Origin: Podarcis erhardii
Taxonomy: Eukaryota
Assembly (NCBI GenBank): GCA_964252035.1
Contig: OZ176201.1
DNA: 64,000 nt
Reading direction: 5' to 3' (one strand)
The notes under the pieces are model-generated. The model had not been told where the DNA came from. It ran no database searches and saw only the letters and a list, made by a program, of their open reading frames with translations. A program made the position numbers and the translations under genes. Positions 51,887 through 61,488 of this stretch are shown here, one piece after another (within the stretch, counting starts at the first letter, position 1; each line of letters opens with the position of its first letter).

Positions 51887-54800
51887 GCATTTTAAAATGA
51901 GGGTCCTCCAACTCTGTGTACGTTGATCTGGAAATTGTGAGCTTAAAATATAGGAACAAGTGTGTAGAAAAGGGAGAGGTAATTGAAAGAATTAGGTCTC
52001 AGGGATTATCACACGTTGAATTTTTCAGCTTTCAGATTCCAAAAATGAGGGGTACTGAAAAGTTGGAAACATGACTTGGAAATTCAAAAGATATTTTGGT
52101 TAAATTAATATAGTTTTGTTTAGTAATGAAAATGTGTGTAAAATTGCATAGAAATTTTTAAAAACAATTGCCAAGTACTTGCATTTGTTTGTTTGTTTGT
52201 TTGTTTGTTATTAAGCATTACCTGAAATTTTCAGAAAGTAAAATTAAAAATTATTTGGCTTTCTGAAAACAGTGTATGTGCATCTTCATTAAGCGTAGAC
52301 GTTTCAAGCCAAATGTTGTCCAATCACAAAAATTATAGCAGATTTGTATTCCTCACACCCAGAAACATATTTTTAAGGCCCCTCACTGAAGCAATTTGCC
52401 CTAATCCACACCCCCTTGTCCCACTGCTTTGTCCTGTGGAAAACTGCTCTTTTGTTGTTGTTCTTTGGATTGCTGTTTGTCCTGATTTAACACTAAAGAG
52501 TGGCTTTCCCTGGGAAATGAGTGGGGCAAGGGGGAAACCACTTGGCCCCCTCCTTTCCAGGCACGGCAGAAGCAGAGGTGTGGACGAGCCCTCAGACATG
52601 TTGTGAAATATGTGGCACAGCCCTTGCTGGGAATACACTGCTTTAAATGTAAGTGAATATTTCGGTGCTGCCTCAGATCTAAAAGAACCCAAACCTCTCT
52701 GCATATAGAAAGTTGCTAAGTAAAGAAGAAGGGTTCTAGGCTTCTCCTTGACAGGTTAGTTTTCTCCAGGCAGGCAGTTTTTGAGTTGGGTCAGAATTCA
52801 AAGGCGCAGCCCGTCATCTGCAAGTGGTAATTCTGAGTCTTCTGCTCTAAGAACAGGGCAGTTTTGTGCCTTCTCCCCAGCTGAGTAACTAGGATCTGCC
52901 CTCTCTTCTCCAGGGGAAACTGACTGCGCAGGGGAAGCTGCTGCAGCAGAACACCTTCTGGGTGACGGAGCAGGCAGGCGGGATCCTGGCCCGGGGCCGT
53001 GAGCGGCGCATCTTTCTCTTTGAGCAGATTGTCATCCTGAGTGAGACCCTGGAGCGGCGGCGTGGTCCATATGCCGCTCCAACTTATGCCTTCAAGAGCA
53101 GCATCAAGGTATTACAGGGCTAACAGCAGAGAGCCTAGGCAAGCCTGTATTCCTGTACCTATCGCTGTTTACCCCCCGTTTCTGCGGTTGTACCATGTAT
53201 CTGCAGAATGTAATTGTAAGCACTGAATTTGGCATCCTGAGAGTCTATGCATGTGTATAAAATTTTATATGGCTAGAAATTGCGAGTGAAATTCAACTTG
53301 GTGTGCTGTTGCAAACGTTCTGTCTGTGTAAGCATTTCGGCTTGTGAGACAGAACAACCCCCTTTTCTCCCCCAGTGCACTGTTATGGGGGTTCTTCTGA
53401 CTCCCCTCCTCAGAGCCAATTTAGGGGTGCATGCAAGGGGAGGGAGAAGGCCCATTGCAAAAGCAAAAGCCCTTGCACAAGGGCTTCCACTGATGCGCTC
53501 ATTAGGTGAATCCTGCCTTTATATAAATGTATAGCCTTATGGCTGTGAAGATAGGATTGAAAGTGTGTGGGCATTGCTTGACGTAATCTCGGGAGCAGAG
53601 AACAGGGGTAGTGCAAAGCAAGGAAATATGGAAATTAACTGGCTTTGCATTCTTCGTTCAGGTTTCGGAATGCAGCTTTTCTTGGCACAAGAATATAGGC
53701 TGGCTTGGTGTGCAGAACGTCGATCTTTGTTTAAAGCACAGAGATTACACAGCCTTGGTTATATCCAGAGAACCACCCAACTTCTAGGACTTCATGAATG
53801 TGCAGATGTACCCAAATCTGTTTTCTAAATAAATAAATAAATAAACAAATACATTCCTTTTGCTTGACTGCCAGGCCCTCCCTGTTTGTCCATTTTATTG
53901 CTAATAACTTCTTCTTTTTCTTGCTTTTGAACGGTCATTACCTATCCACTATCCATCTCAATGCCAGGTCAGCTGTTTGGGCCTGGAGCCCTGTGTGGAT
54001 AATGATCCCTGCAAATTTGCACTGATCTCTCGTGGCGCAGAACGGGGCACCATCCGTTACGTACTGCAGGCAGCAACGTCAGAGATTGCCCAGGCCTGGG
54101 TGGCTGACATCAGCCTCATCTTGGAGACACAACGTGACTTCCTCAACGGTAGGGGGTTCAAAGAGATGTTCTGTTCCTAACTCTCTCAGGCACCCACTGC
54201 CCTTTAAACCACACCCAGCCTTCTTCAAGGAGTGATTCCTCAATATTTCTTCCTTCATTTTCCTCACTCCTGGTCTGGATGGAATATGAAAGCTAAGATG
54301 TTTCCACAATGCTTTGCAGAAGTATAGGAAACTTCAGCTGGCTTCTAGATGGTGGCGCGGGGGCAGGGAATAGACAATTTTCAAAGAGTAATTTGAATTA
54401 GAGTTTAAATAGTTTGGTTCTTTCTGAGTGAAAGAAATGACCTAGCAATAGGTTTGTTTAAGTTTGTTTTAAGTTATTTCTAATTCAACTTCTATCAGAA
54501 TTGATCCCAAGTACAAAAAAAGAATATTTAAAGTGATAAACACCCCAATTCCATGCCACCATATCATATCAGCAGGAATAAAACCATAATAAGGGCCCTG
54601 ATATTTATTGAGCATTCATCCTGATTTGCTTGCACAAAGCTTATGCGAAGGTTAGGTTACATTTAGCTTTTATTGAGTATTCATTCTGATTATTTGTGTG
54701 GGGGGGGTGTTAAATGTCAAGGACCCTTCATTTGCTACGGTATTGGAGCACTTTAATCCACTTTAAATGGTGCAAACCTACAGTTCTGGTATGCAATTGA

Positions 54801-57800
54801 ATCACTCCTGCAAAATCAATAGGAATGTTCATTAAAAAGGTCATCTGGAGGTACAATCCATTCTATCTCTGTCTGTCTCTTTCTATATACCAACCCCCGA
54901 ACCCCAGCTCTAATATTGCATTAGCATCTTCTCAGGTATGTGCAAGTCAGGCCTTAATTGTGCAATCAAGTGATGTACATGCATGTCTCAACTAGCCATA
55001 CATTTTTACTTCAAGCACAAGCTGGCCTTTGTGAATCAAGCCAACACACAACTTTGGAAGGGTGGAGTGAGTCCCAAAGTAGATGGCAGAGCGGAAGTGG
55101 ACTGCCAGTAAGCAGGAGGTCACATTTTTTAACACTTTCTCAAATAAAAAGCTGAGAGATTTGTATTCTAAATCTTTCTCTCTGATTTGCTGTGTTGAGA
55201 AAAGGTAGTGTCCCCCCCCCCACCCACACACATAGGGGAGCAATCAAAAATAGGATTCCCACCCTTCAGTTTGAAGTCAGACAGTAAAGATTTCTACCCT
55301 GCCATTTTGCATAATGTGTAGATCAGTTCTGAATGACTCTTAACTGCATGGACCATGTCTAGGAAACCTTTATTCCCCCAAGGGCCATGTTCCCCTAGGG
55401 GAAATCTGTTGGACACCACATGCCAGTGTGGGCAGGGGCAGAGCCTCCCCCCCTCTCTCTTAAGATATTCACTGCCCCATAATCTCTCAAAAGAGAGAAA
55501 TAAGTGTGTGGGGTAGTGATGATATTAAGAAATGGGGGTTGGGGGAGGGTGTTTGTTCATGGGATGGTGTTGATCTCAAGAGCTGCAATGCACCCTCGTG
55601 TGGCCTGTAGCCCCTCCTCTGCTTGCTGGGCTTCCTCCTGTCCCTGTCGTGCAGTTTCCAGGAGCTGCTGTCTTCTGGCACCTCAGGCACATTGAAGTGG
55701 TGGCTCCTGATGCAGCACCCCTCTCCTGCTTGATGAGGGTGCTTGAGACACCTTTGGACAGTGGCTTTTGAGAGAAGCATTTTAAGCTGCTTGAATCACA
55801 CCTGCGCTGGTGGGGCTGTGGGACTTCACCCAGTGGTTCCTGAATCACTCCCCTGAGGAGTCTTTTTTTTCTTTCTTTCAGAAGATTCTGTCTCACTAAT
55901 GGAATTCAGAGCGTTTTGTGTTTCCAGTGCGTGACCCTGCAGTTCATTGCCCCTTTCTGTTTCCTTGCCAGCACTGCAGTCGCCCATAGAGTACCAGCGC
56001 CGAGAGAGCAAAACCCATAGCCTAGGACGCATTGGAGTCCCGCATCACTCACTGCCTGGTGGACCCAGCCGGCCCTGCTCCTCCGTCTCCATGGACCAGA
56101 GCAAGGGATCCAGCCTCCAGCCCCACAACGCCTCTCTCCCCTCCCTCTACCTTCCGGGCCCAGGCCAGCCTGAGCAACAGGCCTATGTTGAGGTAAGGTA
56201 AAGGTAAAGGGACCCCGACCATTAGGTCCAGTCGTGACCAACTCTGGGGTTGCGGCGCTCATCTCGCTTTACTGGCCGAGGGAGCCAGCGTACAGCTTCC
56301 GGATCATGTGGCCAGAAGGACTAAGCCGCTTCTGGCGACCCAGAGCAGCACACAGAAACGCCGTTTACCTTCCCGTCGGAGCGGTACCTATTTATCTACT
56401 TGCACTTTGATGTGCTTTCGAATTGCTAGGTTGGCAGGAGCAGGGACTGAGCAACGGGAGCTCACCCCATCGCAGGGATTCGAACCGCTGACCTTCTAAT
56501 CGGCAAGTCCTAGGCTCTGTGGTTTAAACCACAGTGCCACCCGCGTCCCGTAAGGTAGGAAGGTCTTAAACGGAAGATCCCTGTTGAATTAACAGCTTTG
56601 TGAGGTTGGGCTGGCACAGGTGAAGTTCCTGTTCTAGCTTTGGAATGAAAGGGGCTAGTAATTGGCAACAGGAATTTGAAATTCAGTTCAGTGCTTACAT
56701 TTGTTAAACCTCATTAACACATGTATAGTTTGCAAGAGCTACGTGAAGCAGAAAATGAAAACAATCATTTGTCATTAAAACAATCCACCGTGTGTGCTGG
56801 CTTGAGATTGCATTGTACACATGCTGTCACAGAGACAAAGGAAAGTTATCTTTCCCACACAATTCATATCACTATTGTCCAACAAAATTTCATTTAAAAA
56901 AATGCCCCAGGGGAGATGTTCCAAAAATGTAGGCATTTAACCTCATCAGAACACAATAAGGGCCTGCAGGATCAGGCCAGTAGCCCACCTAGACCAGCAT
57001 CCTATTTTCACAAGGGCCAGTCAGAGGGGTGTGGGAAGCCTACAGGCAGAACTTGAGCACACCAACCACTCCTCCCTTCTTGCCGTTTCCACCAACTAGT
57101 ATTCAAAAGCATTACTGCATCTGAGAACCTCCTTGTTAACAGCTGCTCAACAAAAAATGAGAAATTGGAGCTCAATGCTCAGTTAGTATTTTAGTCTCAT
57201 TTGTAAGCCGTCCCGCAAATATTTATATCAAGGGGCACTGTAGATAGCTTTAAGAATAAGAAGTAAAGAAGTAAATAAATGCGACATGTTTTCCTGTTTG
57301 GGACAAAATCTTGGGGTCTATTAAACTAGAGGATGTTGACCTCATCCCATGCAGATGGATTTTCTCCTTGTACCCTTTCATTGATTAATCCAGAGTGGTA
57401 ACAGCTAATGGATTGGAATCATCCGCTTGCTGCAGAAGCATGTGTTGAGCAACTCCAACTGTAAGTGTTAAGTTGGGGCGAACATATCAGACGACACAGT
57501 GATTCTTCCAAAGCAGCTCTTTATTTGCAAGCTGGAACAGAACAGAACTGAACTGAGGAGCTCAGTCAGCCTGCTCCAGAACAATTGTAACTGTTGCAAC
57601 TTTCTAAAACTATCCAATCACTGAACGTCACTTTTGATCCTTCATTTGCATACAAACTATCCAATCACTGAACGTCACTTTCGATCCTTCATTTGCATAA
57701 CTATCTACAGTACCCCCCTGCTGGCCCAGGGTGAGAACTTCAGTAAAAGACACCGTGGTTGATATCACCAATTGAGGTGTTGACAACAAAAAAAGTAAAC

Positions 57801-60800
57801 ATGGAAGGGGAAAGAGTAACATATGAGGATATTACTAGGAAAACAGAACAAGGGATAAAGCTCAAACTATATGACCAAATTGAAAAGATGTTAACAGGGT
57901 GGCTGCAATACCACCAGATCAGTGACTTATTAAAGGAAGATAAAAAGAGAAATGGGTTCGAAGATAAAAAATCAAAATTCCAAATCGAGTTAATAGACTG
58001 TAAAGATAAAGTTTTATCAAGAATGTATAGTTTATTGCTAGAATGGTATATAAAAGACGAAGAAGTAAAGGAATCAATGATAAAATGGGCAATTGATATC
58101 GGGCATAACATTGAATTGGATACGTGGAAAAGATTATGGAAGGAGGATTTGAGATTTACAGGATGCATGGCTTTAAAGGAAAACTTGCTAAAAATGATGT
58201 ATAGATGGCATTTGATGCCAGTAAAATTAGCTAAAATGTATAGGAAAAAAGAAAGAAAATGTTGGAAATGTAAAAAGGCAGATGGGGACTATTTCCATAT
58301 GTGGTGGACCTGCGATAAGGTAAAAAAATTTGGGGAATCAATTTATAATGAACTCAAAAAAATATTTAGATATACTGTATTTTTTGCTCCATAGGACGCA
58401 CCGCCCTATAGGATGCACCTAGTTTTTTTGGGGGGGGGGGGAATAAAGAAAAAAAATTATTTCCCCCCCAGGCACGGGGCTGGCACGGGAGAAGCCCGAG
58501 CTTCCCCCAACCCCAGCCCCCAGAAGAGCCTGCTATCCACAAGCCTAGGGAGCCGCACCGGTCTCCCCAGGCTTGCGGACAGCTATGCAAAGCCCGGGCA
58601 TGCTGAGGCTTCCTAATGCAGGCAGCTCTGCGCAACCCTCCAGAGCCCGGCACAGCTTGGCACCAGGCTCCGGAGGGATGCGCAGAGCTTCCTGAAGCCT
58701 GGAGAGCGAGAGCCTCTCACTCTCCAGGCTTCAGCGAAAGCCTGTATTCGTCCCATAGGACGCACCCACATTTCCCCTTCATTTTTGGAGGGGGGAAAAG
58801 TGCGTCCTATAGGGCGAAAAATACGGTACTTTCCCCAAAAGACCGGAAGCGTGTCTATTAGGCTTAATAGGAACAGAAATTAAAATAGAAGATCAAAATT
58901 TGTTCATGTATGCTACAGCTGCCGCGAGGACCCTTCTGGCCCAAAGATGGAAAGTACAAGATATACCAACTATTCAGGAGTGGCAGGCGAAGTTGACAGA
59001 ATATGCAGAACTTGCCAAACTGTCAGGGAGGATCTGGGACCAGGGAGATCAAAGATACCAAAATAACTGGAGTAAATTTATTGAATATTTAAAGAAGAAT
59101 TGTAAAGTGGTCAAGACACTAGCAGGATTGACATAATACCTCCAATGTATAATAGTACTAATATGAGAATGATGTGCGTGATGGAAAAAGGATAACTATA
59201 CCAGTTGTGGGGAGGGAGGGGGGTCGCGACTCGGCAGAGTCAAAGGGAATGTATGGTGCTATTACAATTTGTTGGAAAAAAATATGTAAAGAAAACAATA
59301 AAAATTCACTTGGGGGGAAAAAGAGAGAACTTCAGTACATAACAGTAAGAATATAACTGTGAGTGTGCTTAAGGGATGTTAGGGAGTGTGTGGTCTCTGT
59401 TCAGTGAGCTTATGCAACACAGTGTGTCACAGTTCCCCAAAGTGGAGACCAGGCTAGTGGCCCTTCCGCTGCCACCAGGCAGAAGTCTTTATTTTTCTGG
59501 TTGCCTCCACCAAACAATCTAAGCTCACCTGGGTTTCAAAAAGAACACACTTAGGTAGTGTGTGGCTTGGCTTTTAAGCATAGGGTGGGCAAGAGACCAC
59601 AAGGCTTTGTGAAAGAGGTTTAAATGTTCACTAAAAAAGAAGGTTTTAACATCTGAATGGTTATGTACATACAAAACAATCACCAAAGCAACCTGAGTCT
59701 GGACATCATCTGTTTCCAACAGTAATGGGGTGGGAGGGAATTGGGTCTAGGGCCTCTGTTCTGAAACTTCAAACTGGGCAGCAGGTATTCAGGAAAAGAG
59801 GGACAGAGGAGGGGACCGTTGAGTTCCCCTTGGGTGACTAACTGGAGAGCAGCTAGGGAGACTGCTAACTCTTTCCCAGACTGCCTGGGTGAGATGACGT
59901 CTTCATCATCTCACCTGCCAGACCCTCCAGATGGACAGGTGTGCTGCTAACCATTCCTCGCAGCATCATGGTCTCAGCCAGGCTGGTTCTGTGGCTTGCT
60001 CTGCTGCCAAGGTGATGGGTGAGAGAGGTAGAACTGGAGCCAGGCAAGAGAGAAGACAAGTAGACGTGTCTGCTGCTGATAAACTAAGCCTTTAATATTC
60101 AGTCCATAGATACTTGCATGCATGCATGTGAGGATATTCACACACTCCTCCAAACATGTTGCAGGGAAGGGGAGGGTAGAGGAAATTCAGAGTAGGTTTG
60201 TTACTCATAGGCATAAGCAAGCTTCCCCCATTCTGAAACCATCCAAATATTGTTTGTGTTCATTAACCACTGCCAATATCATAATCATTTTTCTTCTTGT
60301 TACATTGACTGCCTCTCCTTCAATTTCCCTCTGTTTTAATTTTTCATTATTACTGTTGGAGTCATCTATCTGCTAAATAACCGTTCAGTAGTTATTGTTT
60401 TTTTCCTTGGTTATATTGTATTATTTCTGATGAGGATTATCTGTTGTTGTGATTTTTAAAAATGTTAATCACTAAAACCTATAGCAAGTGGGGAGGAAAG
60501 ACGAGGAGCCCAAAGTAGTGAGCACTGTTCTGCGAAGACAGTGGTGAAGACAAGAGTGCTGATTTCTGTTCTCAGATATGAGTTGGAGGAGGAGGAGGGT
60601 AGGAAAGAGTGCTATGCTGTCTTAGGAGGCTTCAGGACTCTACAGGTTTCTGATTCCAGATTATAGAATAGAATCATAGAATCCTAGAGTTGGAAGAGAC
60701 CACAAGGGCCATCGAGTGCAACCCCCTGCCAAGCAGGAAACACCATCAGAGCACTCCTGACATATGGTTGTCAAGCCTCTGCTTAAAGACCTCCAAAGAA

Positions 60801-61439
60801 GGAGACTCCACCACGCTCCTTGGCAACAAATTCCACTTAGATGAAAAGGAGATCAGACTGATCTCTAATAGAGGCAGAGAGAGACACACACAAGAGATTT
60901 GCAAGAGGATGCCTATCTGTTTTCTTTTTTGGGAAATTAGATGACTTCATTTGATGAATTGGATTGCCAGAATCCCTTCCAGGTCAGGGGTCTTGTGAAA
61001 CTTTGACGTTTGCATGGCGTGCTTTCAATGTGAGATGTTGTTTGACTTCAGCTATGCACAAGTTGACAGTTGACAAGCTATGCACACTTTCTCACATAAT
61101 AGGACACCAAATTGAGAGCACCCATCTGTGCTGGAATGTTGTCTACTCCCTACCCAGATTAAACCCGGTTTGCTTTCTGCCCCCAGCCATCTCGCAGCCA
61201 AAGCTCTCCAGGGCCTGGACCAGTTCACCTACCTTCCGATGGCTCCGAGGTGCATCTCTCCAATTCCTCCCAGCAGGAGTCCCTGCACACAGTGAGTTTT
61301 GGTAGGGCAGAGGAAGTGTTCCTTTTAATCTGAGTAAGGATTCAACATTCACAGTTGACATAACGATAATGATTCAGGTTCTGTTGCCCGTGGCCTTACT
61401 CATTCTTTCCATCAGGATTTAACTTTCATTGGGACTGAC

Positions 61440-61488
<49 letters not shown>

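Larger units (their letters stand above)
57466..59344 (-). mobile_element. Solo LTR (about 287 bp once the L1 is removed)
   Basis: TGTTA...TAACA termini; 5-bp TSD gtaag at 57461-65 and 59345-49; tttatt near 57520 (AATAAA on the - strand); 47-bp tandem repeat. Family not identifiable. Confidence 0.8.

Noticed and set aside
61158-61186. Upstream acceptor (tacccag) for exon 15
   Set aside because: Would end in phase 2 and frameshift the conserved last exon, so the 61187 acceptor is preferred.
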